A DNA stretch of 64,000 nucleotides from Escherichia phage phiWec187. A program made the translations under genes and the position numbers. The stretch lies in the sequence record LC739536.1. The stretch is one strand, 5' to 3'. The notes beneath the pieces were generated by a model. It had not been told where the DNA came from and did no database searches. It was given only the letters and a program-made list of their open reading frames with translations. Each line of letters starts with the position of its first letter. The first letter of the stretch is position 1. Shown here piece by piece: positions 8,904 through 18,484 of the stretch.

Positions 8904-9866
8904 TTAAATTCCAATAACAGTGTTTACACGCTTCTCTTTGCTACGCAAATTAACACGTCCACGAGACAGGCTATTACATGATGTGCATCTTAGCACTTGG
9001 AATGTACTAACCGCTGTTGTGTAAACCTTACCAGGAACAACTTCAAGGTGCTCTTTACCGCAACGAGGACAACGAAGTTTTTCATCGTCATAGAATGCAG
9101 ATACGTTAGGATGTTGTGGAATCCACGCACGAAGTTTGATGTAAAGATCTCTAAGAGAAACAACATCACCATCATTGTATGTTTGCATACGGAAGAAGGC
9201 ATGTCTGTCCCCTTCACAACATGCTTTCCACAAAGGAAAACCTTCATTATCAAGTTTAAAGTTTTCTGTATCAAAATACAAACACATTTCTTTAAGCGCA
9301 TTAGAAGGTAGTGCAAACTGCTTCTTAGCTGCCTTGAGTGTATCAATTACAACATAATGTGATGGTGGCTCCATACCGTGAAAAGCAAAACGTTGGTTAA
9401 TATAAGCCTTATCAAACTTAATACCATTGTGCGCGATCACAATATCTGCATCGTCAAGTAAGTGCCAGAGATCTTGACATAATTCCCAATCATCTGTATG
9501 ATCTATGTCAAACAAAGGGTAATTGCTAAGGTTCTTACCTTCTACTTCCCCTGTTTCTAAGTCAGCAGATGAATAGGAAAGCAAGTAACCTCGACGAATA
9601 ACTTGTTCAGGTGCAATAAAGGCTTTGAAACGTGAGAAGCTATACACAATCTCCGGTGCTGTCTCTACGTCAATAATTTTAATTACTGGCCCACCTTTAT
9701 CTTGCGGAGCACCGCGATGTGGTGAATTTACACGAGCTAAGTAATCATTTACTGTGCTCTTCTTAGTAGAACTTCCCAACACCTCTTGTGCAATCTTACG
9801 CGAAGAATAACCTTGTGCTTTCATAGATACAATCAAGGCTTTCTGTTCGTCTGTTAATTTACTCAA
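8904..9866 (-). CDS. putative DEDD-type 3'-5' exonuclease with N-terminal HTH and C-terminal zinc ribbon
   Basis: IIDVETAP and IAHNGIKFD resemble Exo I/II motifs; CPRCG...CTSCN at C-terminus. Confidence 0.45.
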   Translation of the reverse strand: MSKLTDEQKALIVSMKAQGYSSRKIAQEVLGSSTKKSTVNDYLARVNSPHRGAPQDKGGPVIKIIDVETAPEIVYSFSRFKAFIAPEQVIRRGYLLSYSSADLETGEVEGKNLSNYPLFDIDHTDDWELCQDLWHLLDDADIVIAHNGIKFDKAYINQRFAFHGMEPPSHYVVIDTLKAAKKQFALPSNALKEMCLYFDTENFKLDNEGFPLWKACCEGDRHAFFRMQTYNDGDVVSLRDLYIKLRAWIPQHPNVSAFYDDEKLRCPRCGKEHLEVVPGKVYTTAVSTFQVLRCTSCNSLSRGRVNLRSKEKRVNTVIGI

Positions 9867-10897
9867 TGTTCCTCCTGCTCTGAAATATATGCTTGTAGCA
9901 TACTTTCAAAAGTTGTTTCATCATTCGCCCAACGTTTCATATATACCAACTGAAAAATTGTCTCTATCCATTCATCAGTTGTCATTTCTACTTCTTCACC
10001 ATCCCAAGAAGTAAATTTAACGCCATCTGGGAACCATTCATAATACTGATCTTTAACTGTCTGAAAAAGTTCAGCCTGTGTTTTACATTTGGAAATAAGA
10101 TTAAAGCAAGTAATATCTCCAAACTTAACATCGAAATCTTGGTAAGGTCGAATACTATCTGTCTTATCGCCCATTAGCATTTGATAAGCTAACCAGTAAC
10201 TACCCCAACCCTTAATTTCTTTTTTCTTACCTTTTTCTACGATCCAGATATCACCGATAGATTCATCAATCAGAATAATACAAGGATTTTTATAAACACC
10301 ATCCTCTTTATAAAAGTTAAAGAGTAAACTTGGTGTGTGCAAGCTATCTTTGTCGATAGATGCTACAATATGAGAAAACTTACCAGTTTCCTTGTAGGCT
10401 TTATACCCTGCATATCCATAGATTTCTAAAGCATCGTCTGCCTCAATACCAGTAACAACGTCACCGTTATGTTTTTCAACTAGATAATCTTTAGTATCTG
10501 ATAAATGGATTGGTCTTAAATCTGATCGTTCTGATTTATATTCTTTTGGCATTTTGAAAGAATGCCGGAAGGTTTTTCCTACCCCGATGACACCGCAATA
10601 CTTTTGAAGTTTTAGGTGATCCATCATCTGGGTTATTTTTGTCTTTGCAGCTTGAAACGTAAAAGAAATATTATCTGGGACTATTTGAACATCTTTTATT
10701 TCAAAATCTTCTCTAGAGAACAACTTCTTACCAGCAGCTTCGCGTTGCGCGTTAAGTGCTCCTAACCATCCTCCAATATTTTTTGAAGATTTACCCCAAA
10801 AATCTGTTCTTGTTTCAAACTCTTTTACATTACCGGAAGCCTTGTGTACAGCGTGGATTTTTCTTTGTTCTAAAGCTGAAGACGCTTGGAACGCCAC
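9863..10897 (-). CDS. putative 5'-3' exonuclease / flap endonuclease
   Basis: GIEADDALEIYGYAGY and IVASIDKD match FEN-family signatures. Confidence 0.5.
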   Translation of the reverse strand: MAFQASSALEQRKIHAVHKASGNVKEFETRTDFWGKSSKNIGGWLGALNAQREAAGKKLFSREDFEIKDVQIVPDNISFTFQAAKTKITQMMDHLKLQKYCGVIGVGKTFRHSFKMPKEYKSERSDLRPIHLSDTKDYLVEKHNGDVVTGIEADDALEIYGYAGYKAYKETGKFSHIVASIDKDSLHTPSLLFNFYKEDGVYKNPCIILIDESIGDIWIVEKGKKKEIKGWGSYWLAYQMLMGDKTDSIRPYQDFDVKFGDITCFNLISKCKTQAELFQTVKDQYYEWFPDGVKFTSWDGEEVEMTTDEWIETIFQLVYMKRWANDETTFESMLQAYISEQEEH

Positions 10898-10989
10898 TTG
10901 ATCGTAGTCTATTGCAAGAATTGTGTTCTCGTCAACATATTTGTGCAGGTCTTCCGGTTGGATTAAAATGTAACCGCTAATATTACCTC

Positions 10990-11202
10990 CTATTCATCAT
11001 CTGAACTCTCTGTTGAGAATGTTCGTGTGTATGGACACTGACGACTTGCAGAAACCTCTATAACCTTGTCGTACATACCGTTAGAGTAAAAACAGTATTT
11101 TGTACTTCCAGAAACTTGTTCTCCAGAATTAATTAAAGTTATTTGACCAGCATAAGAATAAGAACTGATTACTAAAAGTAAACCGACAAGAAGTTTTTTC
11201 AT
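10990..11202 (-). CDS. small secreted protein
   Basis: N-terminal signal-peptide-like MKKLLVGLLLVISSYSYA; own promoter upstream. Confidence 0.45.
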   Translation of the reverse strand: MKKLLVGLLLVISSYSYAGQITLINSGEQVSGSTKYCFYSNGMYDKVIEVSASRQCPYTRTFSTESSDDE

Positions 11203-11244
11203 GGTGTGTCTCCTTAAAAGCCCACCTAACTAAGTAGGTAGGCA

Positions 11245-11273
11245 TATTAACACATATTAAATTAGTAAGTCAA
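11245..11273 (-). promoter_or_regulatory. sigma70-like promoter on minus strand
   Basis: Minus strand TTGACT-N17/18-TAATAT upstream of signal-peptide gene. Confidence 0.4.
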
Positions 11274-11276
11274 GTA

Positions 11277-12161
11277 TTATTTTTGAATAGTTGACTTAAT
11301 AAGGTCTTGCATAATACCACGGATTTCATTAAAGCACAGAAGAACAGATGCTTCAAAAGATCCTTCTTCATCGTTAAAGTATTTAGGGAATTTAATACCA
11401 CTCAACTTAAATTCTTTATCAACAATAAAGTTAACGAAACCGTCATATTCCAGGCCAATGGCAACAACGTGCTTACCATCTTCCATAAGTTCTACTGCAC
11501 GAGATTCATAAAGGGATTCTTTACTCCATACAACCACACCTTCCGAATCTTCAAGTTTAATATAATTACCAAGGGTCAGTCGTTCAGCCTCATGTTCTTC
11601 TAAGATGGTATCAAAACCTTTAATAATGGCTTCTTCGTGTACACTAAACGGCAGGACTGGGAAAGTACCCAACACCCCACGAAGAAACACAGCAATATCT
11701 TCACTAATTTTCTTAGTACCATTAAGAACGTAGGTAATACTGTTTTCAGTGTCTACAACAACATAGTTATAGAAATCATCTGCCTCTGTCTCTGGGAGCA
11801 GAGAAAACACGATATCAGCCTCAATTGCTTTTTTACTTTCTTTGTCCAGGAAGAATTCTTTAGTAGGGTTTGCAGCAATAAACTCTTGTTCCATCTCCTG
11901 GAGTTTTTCATTAAGAATGCGTTTAACTTTTTTCTTGTTAACTTTCTTAACAGATTGCCCTACTTTAATAACCTCTAAACCAGAGAACACTTTTACATAG
12001 GAACCATCATCTTCAAAACGAACAAGACCAATGGTATGTGCTTGTTGACCCTGTGCCACAACAAAATCCAGCGGTTTGTCTGTTACTGTGTTCAGTGCGG
12101 AAATAGACAGACCATCACCAGAAATCAGGGTTACGCAAGATTTGAAATTTTTAGCAAACAT
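11277..12161 (-). CDS. hypothetical protein
   Basis: 294-aa ORF; weak N-terminal resemblance MFAKNF to RdgC-type proteins, not relied on. Confidence 0.4.
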   Translation of the reverse strand: MFAKNFKSCVTLISGDGLSISALNTVTDKPLDFVVAQGQQAHTIGLVRFEDDGSYVKVFSGLEVIKVGQSVKKVNKKKVKRILNEKLQEMEQEFIAANPTKEFFLDKESKKAIEADIVFSLLPETEADDFYNYVVVDTENSITYVLNGTKKISEDIAVFLRGVLGTFPVLPFSVHEEAIIKGFDTILEEHEAERLTLGNYIKLEDSEGVVVWSKESLYESRAVELMEDGKHVVAIGLEYDGFVNFIVDKEFKLSGIKFPKYFNDEEGSFEASVLLCFNEIRGIMQDLIKSTIQK

Positions 12162-12171
12162 AGTTTTCTCC

Positions 12172-12450
12172 TCAAATAATAACTACAAAATATTTTACAC
12201 CATCATATTCGACAATATGATCAGGATATTTAAATCCTTTATAAGATTTACCAAACAGACTAACAGCCTCATTAGCTTTGTTTTGCGGATTACTCAGCCA
12301 CTGTTCTTCTGTGTAAAACTTAAACTCTGTTCTCTTACCTTCTTTTTCTAAACCAACAATTTCCTGTGTGATATCTTCAATACCTGCATTCTTCAAGGAT
12401 TTGATTACCTGACGCAAACCGTGTTTAAAGATATCTTCTGCTGTTAACAT
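12172..12450 (-). CDS. hypothetical protein
   Basis: 92-aa ORF. Confidence 0.45.
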   Translation of the reverse strand: MLTAEDIFKHGLRQVIKSLKNAGIEDITQEIVGLEKEGKRTEFKFYTEEQWLSNPQNKANEAVSLFGKSYKGFKYPDHIVEYDGVKYFVVII

Positions 12451-12460
12451 AATACCTCCA

Positions 12461-12480
12461 ATAAGCCCCGAAGGGGCTTT
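12461..12480 (-). other. GC stem-loop in intergenic spacer
   Basis: AGCCCCGAAGGGGCT; no T-run on minus strand. Confidence 0.3.
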
Positions 12481-12485
12481 ATTTC

Positions 12486-13208
12486 TTAAGCAATGATTGC
12501 TGCGATATTAGGTTTAACAAAGGTAGATGGTTTCATAATTTTACCTTTGTCATCAAAGAATACGTACACCTTTTGAACTTCGTTATATACAGCATGTACC
12601 CCAGTATAAGAACCTTCTGCACGATCTTTGCTTCGCATCTCGATAGCATCGCACTCTTTTTCAAGAGCTTCAATAATATCCTTAGTTTCCCAAATAGCTA
12701 GGAGTTGCTTCTTGGTAGGATACTTGGACTCATTGCTATTCAACACTTCACGCATAACCTTCTTCTCGTTATAAACAGAACGCACCAAAGTATCTCGTGC
12801 CATACGGGTAAGTGTAAGAGACATTAAGGCAAATTGCAAGTCATTTTCTACCATTTTATCAAATTCAATGATAACATCGTAAATGTTCTCTGCCAGAACA
12901 TCTCCTGTTGGCATTTCCAGAGCTTTATCAACACCTTCTTTACCAAAGAACATAAACGCCAGGTAGGATGCTACCACAAAAATATCTGCTGCTGCATCAA
13001 GTAATTCAACGTGATCATTTTCCTGTGCTGCTGCTTGAAACTCTTTAAGTTCTTCTCGTACAAAAGAAAGTTGAGCTTCAAACATCTCTTGAGTAAATTC
13101 TGGAGTTACTCCACCGCGTGCCTTAGCATTCCAAGCAACAATTTGATCGGCAGCTTTGATAAAGAAGCTATTGTCCACTTTTACTTGTTTGAAAAAATTC
13201 TCGATCAT
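12486..13208 (-). CDS. putative MazG-like nucleotide pyrophosphohydrolase
   Basis: REELKEFQAAAQENDHVELLDAAADIFVV resembles the MazG EExxE...D helix motif. Confidence 0.4.
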   Translation of the reverse strand: MIENFFKQVKVDNSFFIKAADQIVAWNAKARGGVTPEFTQEMFEAQLSFVREELKEFQAAAQENDHVELLDAAADIFVVASYLAFMFFGKEGVDKALEMPTGDVLAENIYDVIIEFDKMVENDLQFALMSLTLTRMARDTLVRSVYNEKKVMREVLNSNESKYPTKKQLLAIWETKDIIEALEKECDAIEMRSKDRAEGSYTGVHAVYNEVQKVYVFFDDKGKIMKPSTFVKPNIAAIIA

Positions 13209-13217
13209 TGTTTCTCC

Positions 13218-13424
13218 TTATTTAAAATATTGTTCTAACAAAACACTAATGCGAACTACCGATTCGCCCATATACGCCCCAGCACAGAGGAAAACAACAA
13301 ATCTACAAAAATTGCAGTACCATTTGTCCACTGGAAACGAGGCTAACATTATAATTGCAATAGCAATTAACATCATAAGAACTGTTACTAATACCATATT
13401 ACCTCTTACTCTGCTGGTTCCCAA
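13218..13424 (-). CDS. small membrane protein
   Basis: 68 aa with two hydrophobic helices. Confidence 0.4.
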   Translation of the reverse strand: MGTSRVRGNMVLVTVLMMLIAIAIIMLASFPVDKWYCNFCRFVVFLCAGAYMGESVVRISVLLEQYFK

Positions 13425-14569
13425 GTACCTGGAATCATCTTACGTAAACGGACACCTGTTGGTTTCGTAGGTATTCCACCATCGGAAAACTCTTCATACT
13501 CAATCTCAACAAATTTACCAATTAACATTTCGGCATTTTCTGCTTTACGATAGTTAATGGTTTCATCTGAATCCTTACGCATCAGGAATTCGACTACTTT
13601 ACCATTTTCCATCTCTCCTGTCAATACCCCGTCACCATTTTTATCACGCTTTGCACTTACCACTTTAACTTCAAGCGTCTGACGTGGTTTACGTTTAATA
13701 ACATCATAAGAACGTTTATCGAATTCGTAAACACCTTTTGCGTTACGATACACCACACCTTCCGCTTTCTCGCGTAGGGCTTTTGCATAGAAAGCCTCAA
13801 ACTGTTCTTGGTTTTCAATGTACTCTGTATGTACTACACAAATAAGTTCATCTAAACCTTTATCTTCAACAACTTCTTTTAGAGCAGCCAAAACTTGAAC
13901 CCTCTTCTCAAATGGTACAGATGCCACAGGAACATCATATACATAGTATTTAAGAAGCGGTGTGTTAGCATTATGCTTTTTCCACGCACTATTAATTTGT
14001 TGAAGGCTAAGGACACCCAAGCCAGCAAAAACTTCACCGTCAAGAGGATGACCAACTACTTCTTTAATGAAGGTTGGAATTTCTTCCCAGTGAGGTGGAA
14101 GTTTATATACCTCCCCAGCTTTAGATAAACATTCACCTTGCATGTTAATCATTGAACGTAGACCATTCAATTTATATTGTGCATAACCTGGGAACAAAAC
14201 ACGGTCAGCATAATCTTTATAATCCTGACATTTCATGGGTGTGGAAGGAACATGGTTTTCAGCTTCCTCTTTTGTTTTATAATACCCATTCTTAAGTTGC
14301 TTTGTCCATTTGGCAAGAGCTTCTATTTCAGCTTGTTCTTCTGCTGTTGTTTCATTTGAGCGACCAATATTTTTAGGTTCTGCCGTATAAGATTTGCTAG
14401 TGATCTTTCCACCTAATTGACCATGAGCAACAGTTACAACACTACCTTCGGTATAGACTGACCACTGTCTAATTTTACCTGTAGAAGTTTTACCATACAA
14501 TGTAGGATTAGTTTGTTTCATCTTTAACCTCCAGTTGCGAAAGAACCCATTTAGCCATTTCAATTTCAC
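13406..14569 (-). CDS. ATP-dependent polynucleotide ligase (nucleotidyltransferase superfamily)
   Basis: Motif I KLNGLR, motif III LDGEVF, motif IV EGVVYR, motif V DVIKRK in correct order and spacing. Confidence 0.55.
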   Translation of the reverse strand: MKLKWLNGFFRNWRLKMKQTNPTLYGKTSTGKIRQWSVYTEGSVVTVAHGQLGGKITSKSYTAEPKNIGRSNETTAEEQAEIEALAKWTKQLKNGYYKTKEEAENHVPSTPMKCQDYKDYADRVLFPGYAQYKLNGLRSMINMQGECLSKAGEVYKLPPHWEEIPTFIKEVVGHPLDGEVFAGLGVLSLQQINSAWKKHNANTPLLKYYVYDVPVASVPFEKRVQVLAALKEVVEDKGLDELICVVHTEYIENQEQFEAFYAKALREKAEGVVYRNAKGVYEFDKRSYDVIKRKPRQTLEVKVVSAKRDKNGDGVLTGEMENGKVVEFLMRKDSDETINYRKAENAEMLIGKFVEIEYEEFSDGGIPTKPTGVRLRKMIPGTWEPAE

Positions 14570-14711
14570 CGTGTAGTCTGCCTAGTTCATAGGCATCATC
14601 AATATTACCACCAGTGTAATCATCCACCATAAAGTAAGGATCTTCACTACTGTTAGGCGCGTTTGCAATTCTCGTTAGTTCTTCAATAAATGTCATAGTT
14701 AACCTTACCAA
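14508..14711 (-). CDS. hypothetical protein
   Basis: 67-aa ORF overlapping neighbours. Confidence 0.3.
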   Translation of the reverse strand: MVRLTMTFIEELTRIANAPNSSEDPYFMVDDYTGGNIDDAYELGRLHGEIEMAKWVLSQLEVKDETN

Positions 14712-14929
14712 TTATACACAAGAGTTTGAATTTCTTCCATCAAATCTTCAAGATCTGTATCAACATATTCAGAAGATGTTGCCATAAAGTATGTAATCAT
14801 TATAAACCCTTCCGAAGAAAGGGCATCAAGGATATCATTAAACATATCTTCCATTTCAGTATTCTCACCAAATGAGAATAACATTTGTTGGTCTTCGCTT
14901 ACACCTTTAACATAGATGGCTGTACTCAT
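14705..14929 (-). CDS. hypothetical protein
   Basis: 74-aa acidic ORF. Confidence 0.4.
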   Translation of the reverse strand: MSTAIYVKGVSEDQQMLFSFGENTEMEDMFNDILDALSSEGFIMITYFMATSSEYVDTDLEDLMEEIQTLVYNW

Positions 14930-14932
14930 ATA

Positions 14933-15253
14933 TTAATCCTTAAGACGTTCATTTAAATCTGCAATAACATCACCTAAATCTTCACATTCCAGTGTTAACT
15001 CTGAAACTTGTCCACTCAAATAACAAACTTCTTCATTTAGATCTGAAATAATGTTTTCTAATGAATCTACTTGGTCATCATATGAACGTTTTGTTTCTTC
15101 AAGTTCTTCCGTAAGATCATTAATCAAACGGAGCAAAGATAAGATATAACCGTCTCCTGTCTCGTTCCTCCACTCACTTCCGTAGCGATAAATAATAATT
15201 TCACCATTATCAACTACTGTAAAATACTTACCTTCACCAGAATAAATTTCCAT
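14933..15253 (-). CDS. hypothetical protein
   Basis: 106-aa ORF. Confidence 0.45.
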   Translation of the reverse strand: MEIYSGEGKYFTVVDNGEIIIYRYGSEWRNETGDGYILSLLRLINDLTEELEETKRSYDDQVDSLENIISDLNEEVCYLSGQVSELTLECEDLGDVIADLNERLKD

Positions 15254-15262
15254 AAACTCTCC

Positions 15263-15667
15263 TTATTGTAGCTTAAGTGAACTGCGAAGACGTTCCTCTT
15301 GCTGATCACGAATATGTTGTGGAACCTCATGAATTGAATCGTTACCGTGCCTATTCTCCACAACTAAAGAAATAACTTGATAACCAAACTCTTCGGCAAG
15401 AGTTAAATAAGGTTTAAGTTCTTTTTCTGTAGTAGAGGTATTAGAAACAATAATCTTTTCAACACCATACTGCATATATTTTTGTACTTTGACACGACAC
15501 CATTGGTGTGCTTTATGGATATTCTCTTGTTTCCACTCATACACACCATCTTCAGTGTAGTGGTATTGATCTGCCTCACAAATAGGCCAATGATTTTCAG
15601 AGATAATTTCTGCTACTGTAGATTTACCTGCACCTGAAACACCACGTAAAATGATAAGTTGTTTCAT
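15263..15667 (-). CDS. P-loop kinase, polynucleotide-kinase-like
   Basis: N-terminal MKQLIILRGVSGAGKST Walker A. Confidence 0.5.
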   Translation of the reverse strand: MKQLIILRGVSGAGKSTVAEIISENHWPICEADQYHYTEDGVYEWKQENIHKAHQWCRVKVQKYMQYGVEKIIVSNTSTTEKELKPYLTLAEEFGYQVISLVVENRHGNDSIHEVPQHIRDQQEERLRSSLKLQ

Positions 15668-16600
15668 TTAGCCTCCAAAGAAGTTTTCTATTTCTTTACG
15701 TCGCTCTTGTGGATCTAGAGCAGCCCATTGAACCTTCGTAAAGTTATTTCGAAGCCATTCTAGCAAAGTATAATATTCTTCGTCAACAATTTGTTTAGCA
15801 TTGTTTGGGTTGTCCCAAATCATATCCCACTTCTTATTGCCACCACGCATAAGGAACTTCTTAGCAAGATAGTATGGTGACTTAATCTTTAAGAGTAAGT
15901 TAAACGGATAGTTTGTTTCACGAACAACAAAGCCTTCGTGTCGACAATGTTTAGACATTTCAACAACATCTGAAAATTTAATCATCGGATAAACTTCAGG
16001 ACGTTTAAATTTTGTAATAGATGCAATCCCATCAAGAACACCTTCAGGTAACATGAAACTTGTTCCATCAAGATTTTGAATTCTTGCTCCAATTAAGTAT
16101 GCGCCTGGTTCTTCTTCGACAATATGTGGATCAGAAGGATCACAGATTTCAAAAAGAAAAGTTGCTTTTGCACTCTCTGTCCACTTAATGAAATACTCTA
16201 TGTCGTCACACTCGGAAACAATACGGTTCTTTGCCATAATTGCGAAATCTGATTCTAGGCTCCCTGTTGTTGATACAACAAGTTTCCCTTTGTACACACC
16301 TACAGATGCCATAAAACCGTTTACTTTACGGACAGCATCTACAATTTCGTCTGCTGGAAGATCTGTACCATTTTCAAAACGATTAAAGATTTTAGTAAAA
16401 GGCCAAATAACAACATTGTCTTCTGAGTCAACAACCAACCCACGACAATCTAAAAGTCGTTTGTCAACGTTCCACAAATTATCCCAGAATACATTGTTTT
16501 TGTATTTAAGCACAGCAAGACCAGCATACTCTCCAGATTTAACTTCTTTTTTATGCACTAAACCTTTTGCAATCAGGTCATCACAATTGAACTTAGCCAC
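15668..16600 (-). CDS. putative RNA-ligase-like nucleotidyltransferase
   Basis: Motif I KVNGF, motif IV EGFVVRE, motif V LLLKIK with Rnl2-like spacing. Confidence 0.45.
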   Translation of the reverse strand: MAKFNCDDLIAKGLVHKKEVKSGEYAGLAVLKYKNNVFWDNLWNVDKRLLDCRGLVVDSEDNVVIWPFTKIFNRFENGTDLPADEIVDAVRKVNGFMASVGVYKGKLVVSTTGSLESDFAIMAKNRIVSECDDIEYFIKWTESAKATFLFEICDPSDPHIVEEEPGAYLIGARIQNLDGTSFMLPEGVLDGIASITKFKRPEVYPMIKFSDVVEMSKHCRHEGFVVRETNYPFNLLLKIKSPYYLAKKFLMRGGNKKWDMIWDNPNNAKQIVDEEYYTLLEWLRNNFTKVQWAALDPQERRKEIENFFGG

Positions 16601-16601
16601 C

Positions 16602-17153
16602 TTAATCTCCTTTGATTATCTTATGATGGTCTACAACAACAATATCACGCTTATCCATAATAGATATGATTTCGTCAAAATGCAAGATTTTCCCGTGTGC
16701 ATCCCAACCAACATCCAACATCTTCCCATACAAATGATCAGGGAATGATCCGTGAGAGTGTCCGTGTAGCATGATTGATCCATGCCCTTGTTTATTCCAT
16801 GCAGCCATAGGGTAATGGCTTAAGACGAAAAACAGCTTCTGATATTTCACTTCGTCATAATAAATCACTTCTCCATACTCTGCAAGCACTTTTCTGTGTT
16901 TACTGTAATCATGGTTCCCAACACAGTAAGTAATATCCCCTTGGAGACGGGAAGCAATCTTACGGGTATCTTCTTCAGTCCCGAAACAGAAGTCCCCAAG
17001 ATGGTACATCTTTACTCCTGGTGTTGTGGCACATTTATTCCATGCTTCGATCAGTGCTTCTGTCATATGCTCCATATCTTCCCACGGGCGATATTCAGGA
17101 GCAAACTCTCGGATACGTTTGTGCATAAAATGCAAATCACTTGTAATAAACAT
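16602..17153 (-). CDS. calcineurin-like metallophosphoesterase
   Basis: DLHF, GDFCFG, GNHDY and GHSHG metal-binding motifs in canonical order. Confidence 0.7.
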   Translation of the reverse strand: MFITSDLHFMHKRIREFAPEYRPWEDMEHMTEALIEAWNKCATTPGVKMYHLGDFCFGTEEDTRKIASRLQGDITYCVGNHDYSKHRKVLAEYGEVIYYDEVKYQKLFFVLSHYPMAAWNKQGHGSIMLHGHSHGSFPDHLYGKMLDVGWDAHGKILHFDEIISIMDKRDIVVVDHHKIIKGD

Positions 17154-17512
17154 TAGTATAATCCCTCGCTGAATAGTTCACTGTTGTGACCATTTCTTTC
17201 GTAGTTAATTTGTTTGGCGTTATCTGCAATGATATAAGCATCTTTGCGACTCCACCAATTATAATACTGATCAATAAACCCTTGATTATCAGGTAAGCAA
17301 AACAGTTTATCAATCAATCCTGCATCTTTTAAAACATTAAGTTGTGCAGATAGTACAGGATTTGCATGCCTAACACAAGGAATAATTAACTCTTCACCAT
17401 TGTTGAGAATATACTTATTCGCAGCGCATACTATAACACGTTGAGCATAGTGATCCTCACCAATCCAAGTAAGAGGTTGGTAACAAATATCATGTTGATT
17501 AGTAGCGCACAT
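17153..17512 (-). CDS. hypothetical protein
   Basis: ATG at 17510-17512 preferred over track TTG at 17515. Confidence 0.45.
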   Translation of the reverse strand: MCATNQHDICYQPLTWIGEDHYAQRVIVCAANKYILNNGEELIIPCVRHANPVLSAQLNVLKDAGLIDKLFCLPDNQGFIDQYYNWWSRKDAYIIADNAKQINYERNGHNSELFSEGLY

Positions 17513-17661
17513 CAATTTTCTCCGTACTCTTTTAATCTATCAGCGAAAAAACTGTAGTCAGGAAGTAAAAGATCATTACTCGTATTGCTCCAGTTTTCTT
17601 CCTCTTCATAGATAAAACGCCCTTCATCCTCTTCTTGCTCTGACCAAACTGAGTAATGCAT
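17512..17661 (-). CDS. small acidic protein (about 49 aa)
   Basis: Not in track; hand translation MHYSVWSEQEEDEG...; stop overlaps next ATG. Confidence 0.3.
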   Translation of the reverse strand: MHYSVWSEQEEDEGRFIYEEEENWSNTSNDLLLPDYSFFADRLKEYGEN

Positions 17662-17670
17662 AATACCTAC

Positions 17671-18045
17671 TTAATAGTTAACACGTTTAATTTCAACACC
17701 ATAGGATGAAATAAAATTTTCCTTAGCTAACATATATTTACCAGCAGCAGAAGGATTTGATGTATGAACATAGATAGTTTTAAGAGCATCCCATTCACCC
17801 GCGTACAACATACACTCTACATCTAAGAATGCATGATATCCTTCCTGATCTTCTCCAAGATCATTATCGAAGTGTATCTCTGAGATATCATTGAAATTAT
17901 CTTCATCTGAAATAAAAGATAACCAATCCTCAAAAGATTTTAACCAAATGGCATCCTCATAACCATAATCTTTAGGATCTCTTAAATCGTCTAACCAAAG
18001 AATTTTAGCCACTATTAACCCCCTTCCTGTTTCTCTTCTTTCCAA
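17671..18045 (-). CDS. hypothetical protein
   Basis: 124-aa ORF. Confidence 0.45.
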   Translation of the reverse strand: MERRETGRGLIVAKILWLDDLRDPKDYGYEDAIWLKSFEDWLSFISDEDNFNDISEIHFDNDLGEDQEGYHAFLDVECMLYAGEWDALKTIYVHTSNPSAAGKYMLAKENFISSYGVEIKRVNY

Positions 18046-18206
18046 GTTTTACCATTATCTACCAACTTCTTAGAAACAGCAAATCTTTCTCCATTGATAT
18101 AAAACAAATAAAGAATAAAGGATTTTCCTATAGTTACAGTATCTACTACTTCTACACGCTTCACACCTTGCATGTATTTGGCTTTACCTGAATAAATAAG
18201 GAACAT
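18015..18206 (-). CDS. hypothetical protein
   Basis: 63-aa ORF. Confidence 0.35.
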   Translation of the reverse strand: MFLIYSGKAKYMQGVKRVEVVDTVTIGKSFILYLFYINGERFAVSKKLVDNGKTWKEEKQEGG

Positions 18207-18484
18207 TACTTATTCCTTTTGTTGTTGATCACATCTAAAGCTGTGTAAGGCTTGTTTGTACCGCTGTATTCCAGAATAATTGGTACATATTCATAGACCA
18301 ACTCAAAAGTACCATACATAGAATCTGCAACTGAAATAAGCATTTCAGTGCTTTTGTCGTTCTTAATTAATGAAAATCTTGCCCCTGGTTTATTGAGCAC
18401 TTCATATTTCTTACCTGCTGTCAGCAAACCTGAATACCATTCATTTTGCACAACAGACAAACACTTCAGATAAGTTTTTCTCAT
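18206..18484 (-). CDS. hypothetical protein
   Basis: 92-aa ORF. Confidence 0.45.
   Translation of the reverse strand: MRKTYLKCLSVVQNEWYSGLLTAGKKYEVLNKPGARFSLIKNDKSTEMLISVADSMYGTFELVYEYVPIILEYSGTNKPYTALDVINNKRNK

Noticed and set aside
8990-9357. Three overlapping ORFs on both strands inside the exonuclease gene
   Set aside because: Nested in the 8904-9866 gene, which has recognisable motifs; no independent signals.
16188-16748. 186-aa plus-strand ORF antisense to the ligase-like and phosphoesterase genes
   Set aside because: Ser/Thr-rich low-complexity translation with no RBS; spans two well-supported minus-strand genes.
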